Positions 1 to 8,832 of a stretch of DNA of 64,000 bases are shown in pieces. The notes below the pieces were generated by a model. The model was not told the DNA's origin and did no database searches. It was given only the letters and a program-made list of their open reading frames with translations. The translations under genes were made by a program, and so were the position numbers. The stretch is from the NCBI GenBank assembly GCA_938011325.1, contig CALLUD010000002.1, forward strand, positions 39,367 to 103,366, in the 5' to 3' direction. Origin of the DNA: an uncultured Spartobacteria bacterium (GTDB lineage Bacteria > Verrucomicrobiota > Verrucomicrobiia > Chthoniobacterales > JAATET01). The first letter of the stretch is position 1, and the number at the start of each line of letters is the position of its first letter.

Positions 1-386
1 TTCCGAAGGGGCTCGGCCCGCGCCAGACGGTGGCCCGTGATTATCTCCGCTACCAGCCCGCTTCACTCGGACGGGTGCGCACGGGTCCCGACCTCGCCAA
101 TGTCGGCCTGCGCCGCACCGAGGCGTCGTGGTTTTATCAGCACCTTTACGAGCCGTCGGTGGTCTCCCCCGGCTCGAACATGCCTGCCTATCGCTATCTG
201 TTCGAGGAGCGGGAAATCCAGGGACAGCGAAGCGACCTCGCCGTCAACGTGCAGGGTCCGCATCAGCCGAAGCCCGGTTACGAGATCGTCCCGACGCCGG
301 AAGCGCAGGCTCTCGTTGGTTATTTGATGTCTCTCAAGCGCGACTACCCATTGCCCGAAGCGCCGAAACCTCCGGAGGAAGGCTAG
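1..386 (+). CDS. ccoO: cbb3-type cytochrome c oxidase subunit II (CcoO/FixO-like), C-terminal fragment; 5' end lies outside the window
   Basis: The frame is open from the window edge. The tail GPDLANVGLRR..WFYQHLYEPSVVSPGSNMPAYRYLF resembles the conserved C-terminal block of CcoO. Confidence 0.55.
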   Translation, partial: PKGLGPRQTVARDYLRYQPASLGRVRTGPDLANVGLRRTEASWFYQHLYEPSVVSPGSNMPAYRYLFEEREIQGQRSDLAVNVQGPHQPKPGYEIVPTPEAQALVGYLMSLKRDYPLPEAPKPPEEG

Positions 387-1109
387 ATGAGCGAGCAGTC
401 ACCCATGAATCCGGCAACTCCAGATACCGGTGAACCGACCGTGGAAAACGCGTCGGTGCCGGTGTGGTTCTGGTGCCTCTCGGTTGCGATGGTTTTCGTC
501 GGCGCGCTGTATCTCGGCGTGAACAGCGGCGGCTTCAAGGCGAACGTCTTCAATCCCGACCAGGTTTCCTGGGTGGGAGGCGGCGCTCCGGCCGGACCGC
601 CCGATCCAAAGGTTATCGGCAAGCGCCTCTTCAGCGCGAACTGCGTCGTGTGCCACCAGGCGTCCGGCGAGGGCGTGCCAGGGCAGTTTCCGCCGCTCGT
701 CGACAGCGAATGGGTGCTGTCGAAGGAGTGGCATGGTGACAATCATCTCGTGAAGCTTGTTCTCTCCGGCATGCAGGGTCCGGTCACGGTGAAGGGTCAG
801 CCGTTCAACAATGCAATGCCGGCCTGGAAGCAGCTCAAGGACAGTGAGATTGCCGCCATCCTCACCTACATCCGCAGCGAGTGGGGCAACAATGCCGCCC
901 CGATTCCGGCGGATTTCGTGGCGAAGATCCGCGAGGAAATCGCCGACCGCTCCGACCCCTGGACTCAGGCCGAACTCCAGGCGATCGATCGCGTGCTTGT
1001 CTCGGAAGCCGAGGCGGCTCCCGCCCCCGAAGAAGCTCCGGCGGATCCGAATGCCCAGCCGCCCGCGCCGGAAGCGGACCAGGCCGCAGAGCCGGCTCCC
1101 GGCGCATAG
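387..1109 (+). CDS. membrane-anchored monohaem c-type cytochrome
   Basis: N-terminal TM helix, a single CVVCHQ haem-c site and a distal NNAMPAW Met. It has an Ala/Pro/Glu-rich tail and a TAGATG junction with the upstream gene. Confidence 0.8.
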   Translation: MSEQSPMNPATPDTGEPTVENASVPVWFWCLSVAMVFVGALYLGVNSGGFKANVFNPDQVSWVGGGAPAGPPDPKVIGKRLFSANCVVCHQASGEGVPGQFPPLVDSEWVLSKEWHGDNHLVKLVLSGMQGPVTVKGQPFNNAMPAWKQLKDSEIAAILTYIRSEWGNNAAPIPADFVAKIREEIADRSDPWTQAELQAIDRVLVSEAEAAPAPEEAPADPNAQPPAPEADQAAEPAPGA

Positions 1110-1121
1110 ACCATTGCAGGA

Positions 1122-2021
1122 ATGCCTCTCCCGCCTATTCTCAAGTTACCCATGAAATCGAAGCTGCCCGTCCTGCTCCTTCTCGCGGTGATCGCTCTCG
1201 GGGTTTTCATGCCCGAGGCGCTGGCGGAGCAGCGTTCGAACAACATTTACTGGACACCGCCGGTTGCGACCGAGGGCGGCAGGAAGACCGACACGATCCT
1301 CAATGTCATCTTCGTTCTCACGACGGGGGTCTTCGTATTGGTCAACGCCGTCTACATCATCTACCTCATTCGCTATCGCCGCCGGCCCGGGAAAAAGGCG
1401 GAGTATTGCCACGGCAACAACTTCGCGGAAATCATCTGGACGCTCACGCCAACCATCATCTTTCTCAGTCTGGCGATCTGGGGCGACTACGTCTGGCATG
1501 AGCTGACGCAGACCCCGCCGCCGGAGGACGCGCTCCAGGTCGAGGTCGTTGGCTACCAGTTCGCGTGGGACATGCGGTATCCCGGCGAGGATGGAAAACT
1601 GGACGAGACGGATCTCGCGAAGATCAGCACCGAGAACAAATTTGGCCTCACGCGCGAGCAGCCCGACATGACGGACGATTTCACCTCGACCGAGCTCGTC
1701 ATCCCCGAGGGCAGGCCGGTGCATATCATCCTTCGGTCGCGCGACGTTATTCACTCGTTTTACGTGCCGGAGTTCCGCCTGTATCAGGACGCCGTGCCCG
1801 GTCGCACCATCGACTGGGTGTGGTTCAAGACGATCCGTCCCGGCCAGTTCGAACTCGCGTGCAGCCAGCTGTGCGGCACCGGCCACTACAACATGAAGGC
1901 GCCGATCCGCGTGATTCCGCAGGCGGAGTTCGACAAGTGGTATGCCGACAAAGTGAAGGCGCGCAATGCACAGGTGGCCGCGTTGAAAGCCGAGCGTGCA
2001 TCGGTCGCCTCGGCGCGCTAA
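1122..2021 (+). CDS. coxB: cytochrome c oxidase subunit II (CuA)
   Basis: Two N-terminal TM helices and a CuA site HSFYVPEF...CSQLCGTGHYNM. An alternative start is the M at 1152 (MKSKLPVLLLL). Confidence 0.9.
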   Translation: MPLPPILKLPMKSKLPVLLLLAVIALGVFMPEALAEQRSNNIYWTPPVATEGGRKTDTILNVIFVLTTGVFVLVNAVYIIYLIRYRRRPGKKAEYCHGNNFAEIIWTLTPTIIFLSLAIWGDYVWHELTQTPPPEDALQVEVVGYQFAWDMRYPGEDGKLDETDLAKISTENKFGLTREQPDMTDDFTSTELVIPEGRPVHIILRSRDVIHSFYVPEFRLYQDAVPGRTIDWVWFKTIRPGQFELACSQLCGTGHYNMKAPIRVIPQAEFDKWYADKVKARNAQVAALKAERASVASAR

Positions 2022-2084
2022 AGTCGCCGCTGCTGCGAATCAGCGGTCGCCCCGATGGACCGATCGGGCGTGGTGTGACAGTGT

Positions 2085-3275
2085 TTGCTCCCGTCCATGA
2101 AGAAGCGAATCATGATTCTGTCGGCCTCGGTCGGCTCCGGCCACATCAAGGCTGCCGATGCGCTCGAAAAGGCCTTCCGACAGGATCCGCAGGTCGGCGA
2201 AGTGTTGTCGGACGATTCGCTCGACCACACGAACGTGCTGCACAAGCAGTTTTACTCGTCGCTCTACAAGCGGCTCTCCGAGGTGACGCCGGAGTTCCTC
2301 GGGTGGTGGTATGAGACGAGCGACGACCCGTGGGTGACCGACCGCGTGCGGCTGCTGATCGACCTTCCCCAGGCCCAGCCGCTGGTGAATCTGATTCGCG
2401 AGTTTCAGCCCGACCACATCGTCTGCACGCACTTCATGCCGGCCGGGGTCATCGCGCATCTGCTCCGCCGCAAGCAGCTCGAGACGAAGCTCAGCATCGT
2501 TGTCACCGACTACCATTTTCACGCGATGTGGCTCACGCGGGCCTTTCATCGCTACTTCGTCTCGCAGGAGGAGGATCGCATTCACATGATGGCGCTCGGC
2601 CTGCCCGGGGATCGGATCACCGTGAGCGGCATCCCGGTCGATCCGGATTTTGACGAACCATTCGATCGATCCGAATTTCTCGCGCGGATGGGGCTGAGCC
2701 CGGAGAAGCCGATTCTGCTGGTGGCCGGCGGCACGCTGGGGTTGAGCCCCGCGGCGGCGGTTGTGAAGCGGTTGAGCGACTTTGAACTGCCGTTCCAGGC
2801 GGTGGTGATGTGCGGCCGAAACGAAGACCTGCGCAGGCAGCTCGAGCGTGAACTGGCCAACGACCCCGAGCGTTTCCGGGTGCTCGGTTACACGACCGAA
2901 ATGCGGAAGTTTCTCGGCGTCGCGACCCTGATCCTTACCAAGCCGGGTGGCCTCACCACTGCGGAGGCACTGGCCTGCGGCGTGCCGATGGTGATTCTCG
3001 ATCCAATCGGCGGGCAGGAGGAGCGCAACAGCGACATGCTTCTCGAAAATGGCGCGGCCGTGAAGTGCACGGAGGTCACGCTGCTCGCGCACAAGTTGAG
3101 GGGCATTCTGGGGCAGCCCGAGCGACTTGCGCGGATGCAGGAGGCTGCGCGGCGACTCGGCAGGCCCGATGCCGCGAAGGTGATTGCCCACGCCGTTCTC
3201 CATGAACAACAGACCGAGCCGCGACGCATTTCCCGAAAGGACGAGAAGCGATTTCGCGAGGCGATCGAAGGATAG
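2085..3275 (+). CDS. MGDG-synthase-family (GT28) glycosyltransferase, diacylglycerol glycosyltransferase-like
   Basis: The N-terminus MILSASVGSGHIKAADAL and C-terminal TKPGGLTTAEALACGVPMVILDPIGGQE are typical of the MGDG synthase/GT28 family. Confidence 0.8.
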   Translation: MLPSMKKRIMILSASVGSGHIKAADALEKAFRQDPQVGEVLSDDSLDHTNVLHKQFYSSLYKRLSEVTPEFLGWWYETSDDPWVTDRVRLLIDLPQAQPLVNLIREFQPDHIVCTHFMPAGVIAHLLRRKQLETKLSIVVTDYHFHAMWLTRAFHRYFVSQEEDRIHMMALGLPGDRITVSGIPVDPDFDEPFDRSEFLARMGLSPEKPILLVAGGTLGLSPAAAVVKRLSDFELPFQAVVMCGRNEDLRRQLERELANDPERFRVLGYTTEMRKFLGVATLILTKPGGLTTAEALACGVPMVILDPIGGQEERNSDMLLENGAAVKCTEVTLLAHKLRGILGQPERLARMQEAARRLGRPDAAKVIAHAVLHEQQTEPRRISRKDEKRFREAIEG

Positions 3276-3340
3276 GCGCTGGTGCGAAGGGAGTTTGAAG
3301 CATGCCGGCCGGCGGCTGGCGGAGGGACGATCGATCAGGC

Positions 3341-4882
3341 ATGAGCGGATTTCTTTGGGGCGTATCGACGTCCGGGTATCAGAGCGAAGGCGGCTACAAC
3401 GGGGAGGGGGAGCCGCAGAACAACTGGTCCGCCGCGGAGCGGGAGGGGCGCGTTCACCGCACGGGAAAGGCTGCCGAGTTCTGGACGAAATACGAGGAGG
3501 ATTTTCGGCGGGCGCGCGAGATGGGCTGCACGGCATTCCGCCTCGGGATCGAGTGGGCGAGGGTGCAGCCCTCGACCTCGAGGGAAATGCTCGCGGAACC
3601 TCCGCCGTTCGATCAGGCAGCGCTGCGGGATTACGCGGACCGCATTGCCGCGTGCCGGCGCGCGGGGCTCGAGCCGGTGGTGACGTTCCAGCACTTCACG
3701 CATCCGGCATGGGTCGGCGTGGATGCCTGGCTCGAGGATCGGATCGTTGCACTGTTCGAGGCCTATGTTCGCGAGGCGGCCTTGCGAATCAACGAGTGGC
3801 TCGTCGCCGAGCATCGGCAGGCTCCGATGCACTGGCTGATCACGATCAACGAGCCGAACATCCTCGTTCAGAATACGTATCTCGTCCGGCAATTTCCCGG
3901 CGGCCATGGGGGGATCGCGACGGGCGTTTTCGCATTGAACCGCCTGCTCGCGGCACATGTGCGCGCGTTCAACGCCCTTCACGACATCTACGAGCAAAAG
4001 GGATGGCCGGAACCAATGGTCACCACGAACACCTTCTGTTCCGACCTCTACTGGTCCGACCAGGTTATTCTCGATTTGCTGTCCCTGCGCGAACGCGGAG
4101 AGACGGATGTCGAGGCGGTCTTTCGTCGCGGGATGACGTCGTTGAACCGTGCCGTGCGTTCCTCGCTGCTGCCGTTCACCGGCGGGTTCTTTGTCACGCT
4201 GGGGCGCCTGCTCCATCGTGTGGTCGACTGGCTTGCTCCCCGTCGCTATTTCACGGCTCGAAACTTTGCGTTTTTTCTCGCGGAGCTGCAGGCGTCGAAA
4301 CGGGAGCGGGTCTTCGACTATATCGGGATGGATTATTACGATCCGTTTTCCGGGCACCTGTTTCGGCCGCCGTCGTTTCAGGATCTTGAATTCACCACGC
4401 GCAGTCTCCATGCGTGGCTGATGGATGGAATGACCAGCAAGTGGTGGGACTGGCGCATGCTGCCGGAAGGGCTCCACTTCTTCTGCCATCGCTACGCCCG
4501 CGAATATGGCAGGCCCATCCTCATCGCGGAAAATGGCATGGCCCTTCGCCGACGCCCGGACAACACCGGACTGTCGCATCGCCGCGACCGGCAGACCCGA
4601 AGCGACTTTTTGAGGCGCCACATCGCCGAGGTCGTTCGCCTGCGAGCGGAAGGGTGCCCGCTTATCGGGTATCTTCATTGGTCGCTCACAGACAATTACG
4701 AGTGGGGCTCCTACACGGCCCGCTTTGGCCTGTTTTCGCTCGATTACACCCGCGACTCCGAGCGGCTCGAGACGGACCATCTCGGGGACACGCCGTCGAA
4801 GACCTACGCGCGACTCATTGCGGAGGCCGAAGAACAACTTGAGCGGTCGGCGGCGGACGAAAAATCCGTGCCGCGACTCTGA
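3341..4882 (+). CDS. glycoside hydrolase family 1 protein (over-long, beta-glycosidase-like)
   Basis: GFLWGVSTSGYQSEG N-terminus, acid/base ITINEPN and nucleophile IAENGMA. The ATG at 3341 is preferred over the ORF-track start at 3302. Confidence 0.85.
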   Translation: MSGFLWGVSTSGYQSEGGYNGEGEPQNNWSAAEREGRVHRTGKAAEFWTKYEEDFRRAREMGCTAFRLGIEWARVQPSTSREMLAEPPPFDQAALRDYADRIAACRRAGLEPVVTFQHFTHPAWVGVDAWLEDRIVALFEAYVREAALRINEWLVAEHRQAPMHWLITINEPNILVQNTYLVRQFPGGHGGIATGVFALNRLLAAHVRAFNALHDIYEQKGWPEPMVTTNTFCSDLYWSDQVILDLLSLRERGETDVEAVFRRGMTSLNRAVRSSLLPFTGGFFVTLGRLLHRVVDWLAPRRYFTARNFAFFLAELQASKRERVFDYIGMDYYDPFSGHLFRPPSFQDLEFTTRSLHAWLMDGMTSKWWDWRMLPEGLHFFCHRYAREYGRPILIAENGMALRRRPDNTGLSHRRDRQTRSDFLRRHIAEVVRLRAEGCPLIGYLHWSLTDNYEWGSYTARFGLFSLDYTRDSERLETDHLGDTPSKTYARLIAEAEEQLERSAADEKSVPRL

Positions 4883-4966
4883 GCGCCCGCCGGCCCACGG
4901 ATTGGGTCGAGATAATCGTTGCGCGCGCTCAAGATTGCGGGCAGAAGTATTAGCCAAGCTTATACG

Positions 4967-6748
4967 ATGAGCGCTACGATTGCTGCCCCCGCCACGTCAG
5001 AACACGCGCAGGAACATGCGCACCACAAGCCGCATTGGTTCTTCCACTATTTCTGGTCCTACGATCACAAGATGATCGGCCTCCAGTATTTCTGGACGTC
5101 GCTGTTTTTCCTCTTCATCGGCGGCGGTCTGGCGCTGGGGGTGCGGTATCAGCTCGGCTTCCCGGGCGCGCAGATTCCCATCATCGGCCAGTTCCTTCCA
5201 AGCACGCTGGCGGTGGACGGCTCGTTTGTTCCCGGCGGCTACAACATGCTCGTCACGATGCACGCGACCTTCATGGTCTTCCTCGTCGTGATGCCCATGT
5301 TGATTGGCGCCTTTGGAAACTACCTGATCCCGCTGCAAATCGGCGCGGGCGACATGGCGTTTCCGCTGCTCAACGAGCTGAGCTACTGGCTCTACGCGCT
5401 CTCCGGCATCATTCTCACGACGGCATTTTTCGTTCCCGGCGGTGCACCGGCTTCGGGATGGACCGCCTACGCGCCGCTGAGCGCGGTCGCCGCCTACAAC
5501 CAGACCGCGATGGGGCAGAGCCTGTGGTGCATCGGCATTTTCATCAACGGCCTCTCCTCGATCGCGGGTGCGTCGAACTACATCACGACGATCGTGAACA
5601 TGCGTGCGCCCGGCATGCGGATGTTCCGGATGCCGCTCACCGTGTGGTCGCTTTTCATCACGGCGATTCTTCTCGTGCTTGCGGTGCCCGTGCTTTCCGC
5701 CGCGGGTGCGATGCTCTTCTTCGACCTCAACTTCCACACGAACTTCTTCGTGCCCATTCGTGATGGCATCGCGACCGGTGGCCAGCCGTTGCTCTGGCAG
5801 CACCTGTTCTGGTTCTTCGGCCATCCGGAGGTTTACATCATGATCCTGCCGGCGATGGGGCTGGTCTCGGAGGTGCTGGCGGTGTTCGCCCGCAAGCCGA
5901 TCTTCGGCTACAAGGCGATGGTTTACGCGATGGTCGCGATCGGCTTCCTCGGCTTCATCGTCTGGGGCCACCACATGTTCGTCAGCGGCATGAACCTCAC
6001 GCTGAGCGCGGTGTTTTCGCTCACCACGATGATCATCGCCGTGCCGTCGGCGATCAAGACGTTCAACTGGCTCGGCACTGTCTGGCGCGGTTCGATCGAG
6101 TTCACGCCGCCGATGTGCTTCGCTCTGGCGTTTGTATCGATGTTCGTCATCGGAGGTCTCAGCGGCATCTTCATGGCTTCGACGCCGGTGGACCTGTTCA
6201 TCCACCACACCTACTTCATCGTCGCGCACATTCACTACGTGCTGTTCGGCGGAAGCATCTTCGCCGTTTTCGCGGCGATCTATTTCTGGTTTCCGAAGAT
6301 GTTCGGCCGGATGCTCAACGACAAGCTGGGCTACATCCACTTCTTCCTCACGTTCATCTTCTTCAACCTGACGTTCTTCCCGATGCACAACCTCGGCCTT
6401 GGCGGCATGATGCGGCGCATCGCGGATCCGACGCTCTACGAGCATCTCAAGCAGCTTCAGCCGCTGAACCAGATTTCCACGATCGGCGCCTTCGGCCTCG
6501 GCCTCACGCTGATCCCGTTCTTCTGGAACGTCATCGTCTCGCTGCGCAGCGGCAAGAAGGCCCCGGCCAATCCGTGGCATGCCAACACGCTCGAGTGGAC
6601 GATTCCTTCGCCTCCCGGACACGGCAATTTCCCGAAGACCCCCGTCGTTCACCACGGCCCCTACGAATACAGCGTGCCCGGCATGGACAAGGACTACCTC
6701 CCGCAGACCGAGGTGGCTCCCGCAGGGGCGCAGCTCGACGCTCACTAA
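4967..6748 (+). CDS. ctaD: cytochrome c oxidase subunit I (haem-copper oxidase, A-type signature)
   Basis: 12+ TM helices with the motifs TMHATFMVF, WFFGHPEVYI, WGHHMF and HIHYVLFGG. The ATG at 4967 is preferred over the TTG at 4919. Confidence 0.95.
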   Translation: MSATIAAPATSEHAQEHAHHKPHWFFHYFWSYDHKMIGLQYFWTSLFFLFIGGGLALGVRYQLGFPGAQIPIIGQFLPSTLAVDGSFVPGGYNMLVTMHATFMVFLVVMPMLIGAFGNYLIPLQIGAGDMAFPLLNELSYWLYALSGIILTTAFFVPGGAPASGWTAYAPLSAVAAYNQTAMGQSLWCIGIFINGLSSIAGASNYITTIVNMRAPGMRMFRMPLTVWSLFITAILLVLAVPVLSAAGAMLFFDLNFHTNFFVPIRDGIATGGQPLLWQHLFWFFGHPEVYIMILPAMGLVSEVLAVFARKPIFGYKAMVYAMVAIGFLGFIVWGHHMFVSGMNLTLSAVFSLTTMIIAVPSAIKTFNWLGTVWRGSIEFTPPMCFALAFVSMFVIGGLSGIFMASTPVDLFIHHTYFIVAHIHYVLFGGSIFAVFAAIYFWFPKMFGRMLNDKLGYIHFFLTFIFFNLTFFPMHNLGLGGMMRRIADPTLYEHLKQLQPLNQISTIGAFGLGLTLIPFFWNVIVSLRSGKKAPANPWHANTLEWTIPSPPGHGNFPKTPVVHHGPYEYSVPGMDKDYLPQTEVAPAGAQLDAH

Positions 6749-6757
6749 CGCTCACGA

Positions 6758-7786
6758 ATGCCGCATCGTCCGTTCACGTATCGACTCCTGCACGTCTTTG
6801 CGGCATTCACGACGGCCTGCACCTTCGTGCTGCTCATCAGTGGCGGTCTCGTAACCTCCCACGGAGCCGGGCTCGCCGTGCCCGACTGGCCGAACACCTA
6901 CGGCTATAACATGTTTCTGTTCCCGATCTCCCGGTGGGTCGGTGGGATTTTCTACGAACACACGCACCGACTCATCGCGAGCGGAATCGGCCTGCTGACC
7001 GTGTTGCTCGCGATCGGGCTTTTCGTGTTCGAAAAACGCCGTTGGGTGAAGACGCTGGGCGGCATCGCGGTCGTCGCGGTGATTTTGCAGGGCGTGCTGG
7101 GTGGCCTGCGAGTGACGATGTTAAAGGACGAGCTAGGAATCTTCCATGGCATGCTCGCGCAATCGTTCTTCGTGCTGCTGGGAGTGATCACGGTCGCGAC
7201 CAGCCGCGCGTATCTCGAAGGCCGCTGGGCGCCGATCCTTCCGTCGGCCTCGATTCGAAATCTCCTGTATGTCCTGGTCGGCGTGACCTTCGTGCAGCTC
7301 GCGATCGCCGCCACCATGCGCCACAACCACACCGGGCTCTCGATTCACGACTTTCCGCTCGCCTACGGCAGCATCCTTCCCGATACCTCGCCGGAGGCCA
7401 TGGAGCAGATCAATGCGAAGCGTGTTTCCGATGGCGAAATGCCCACGACCGCCGCACAAATCTGGCTGCAGATGGCCCATCGCGGTTTTGCGGTCGGCAT
7501 CGCGATTCTCACATTTGTGCTGCTGGCTCGTTGCCTTCGGCACGGGCGACTTCCGGTGGCGGTGGTTCGCACAGTTGCTTTCCTTTCGGCGATGATCCTC
7601 GTGCAAATCGGGCTCGGTGCGTGGACCATCTGGTCAAACAAGGCGGCCGATATCACGACCGCCCACCACGCCGTCGGAGCCCTCTTTCTCTTCATTGCCG
7701 CGCGTCTCGCCTTCCAGCTTTCGCTCATGAACAGGGCGGAAACCCGTGCGAAGGTGCCGGCGCATCCTGATCTCGTTTCCGCATGA
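6758..7786 (+). CDS. ctaA: haem A synthase (COX15/CtaA family)
   Basis: Polytopic membrane protein with paired His motifs (YEHTHRLIA, QMAHRGFA, TTAHHAVGA). It sits between ctaD and ctaB. Confidence 0.85.
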   Translation: MPHRPFTYRLLHVFAAFTTACTFVLLISGGLVTSHGAGLAVPDWPNTYGYNMFLFPISRWVGGIFYEHTHRLIASGIGLLTVLLAIGLFVFEKRRWVKTLGGIAVVAVILQGVLGGLRVTMLKDELGIFHGMLAQSFFVLLGVITVATSRAYLEGRWAPILPSASIRNLLYVLVGVTFVQLAIAATMRHNHTGLSIHDFPLAYGSILPDTSPEAMEQINAKRVSDGEMPTTAAQIWLQMAHRGFAVGIAILTFVLLARCLRHGRLPVAVVRTVAFLSAMILVQIGLGAWTIWSNKAADITTAHHAVGALFLFIAARLAFQLSLMNRAETRAKVPAHPDLVSA

Positions 7787-8679
7787 AAACTGCCGCCGCC
7801 GAACAAGCCGCCCGTTCCGACTCGTGGGTTTCGGACCTGCTTCTGCTCGTCAAGGCACGCCTTTCCCTGCTCGTGCTCAGCACGACGCTCGTCGGGTTCC
7901 TGCTTGGCCAGGGCTCGCGTCCGATGGACTGGTTCGTGCTGGCGGCGACGCTTGTCGGAACGGCGCTCAGCGCCTGCGGTGCCGCGGCATTGAACCAATG
8001 GTGGGAGCGCGACTTCGACGGGATGATGAAACGCACGCGGAACCGTCCGTTGCCGGCGGGCCGCATGCACCCGGGCGATGCATTGATGTTCGGCGTCTTT
8101 TTCAGCGCGGTGGGCACGGCCTGCCTCGCGCTTTTTGTCAACTGGCTGAGCGCGGCGCTGGTTGCCGGCACCATCATTCTTTACGTGCTCGTTTACACCC
8201 CGATGAAGCGGCTGAGCGCGGTGAACACGCTCGTCGGCGCGGTGCCCGGTGCGCTTCCGCCCTTGATCGGTTGGGTGGCGGCCACGGGTCACGCCAGCCT
8301 GCCGGGTTGGGTGCTGTTCGCGATTTTGTGGTTCTGGCAGATGCCGCACTTCCTCGCGATTGCATGGATGTATCGCGATGAATACGCGGAGGCTGGATTT
8401 GTCGTTCTCACCGGCAAGGATGTCGATGGATCCGCCACGGCGCGGCAGTCGCTGCTTTACACGTTCTGCCTCGTGATCGTGACGCTGGTCCCGGCGCTGA
8501 TTCATTTGAACACGGCGGTCTGCTTTTTCGGCTCGCTGGTCCTTGGCGCCGGATTCTGCGCCGCCGGCCTGCACTTCGCATGGCATCGCTCCCGCCAGTC
8601 GGCGCGGGTGCTGTTCTTCGCGTCGATCCTTTACCTCCCGCTTCTGCTGGCCCTTCTCGTCGCGACCCGCAATGCATGA
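7783..8679 (+). CDS. ctaB: protohaem IX farnesyltransferase (haem O synthase)
   Basis: UbiA-type motif NQWWERDFDGMMKRTRNRPLP and FLAIAWMYRDEY. ATGA overlap with ctaA. Confidence 0.92.
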   Translation: MKTAAAEQAARSDSWVSDLLLLVKARLSLLVLSTTLVGFLLGQGSRPMDWFVLAATLVGTALSACGAAALNQWWERDFDGMMKRTRNRPLPAGRMHPGDALMFGVFFSAVGTACLALFVNWLSAALVAGTIILYVLVYTPMKRLSAVNTLVGAVPGALPPLIGWVAATGHASLPGWVLFAILWFWQMPHFLAIAWMYRDEYAEAGFVVLTGKDVDGSATARQSLLYTFCLVIVTLVPALIHLNTAVCFFGSLVLGAGFCAAGLHFAWHRSRQSARVLFFASILYLPLLLALLVATRNA

Positions 8680-8795
8680 TGAATCGCAAGCTCCGAAACT
8701 GGGTGGTGCTCGTCGGAATCTGGGTCGCTGCGCTTGCGCTGTTTGTGGTGGTGCTCGTCTGGAAATTGCGCTGGACCGAGCCGCTGACGCCTTGA
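8676..8795 (+). CDS. 39-aa single-TM protein of unknown function
   Basis: MMNRKLRNWVVLVGIWVAALALFVVVLVWKLRWTEPLTP. Its ATG overlaps the ctaB stop (ATGA), and it lies between ctaB and ctaE. Confidence 0.45.
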   Translation: MMNRKLRNWVVLVGIWVAALALFVVVLVWKLRWTEPLTP

Positions 8796-8832
8796 CCAAC
8801 CCCGCTTCGAACCGCTTTAACCTAATGCATTC

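Noticed and set aside
2027-2070. Two short hairpins (CCGCTG/CAGCGG and CCCGAT/ATCGGG) right after coxB, considered as a terminator separating coxB from the GT28 gene.
   Set aside because: The stems are only 6 bp and no T-tract follows. This is not distinguishable from chance in GC-rich DNA.
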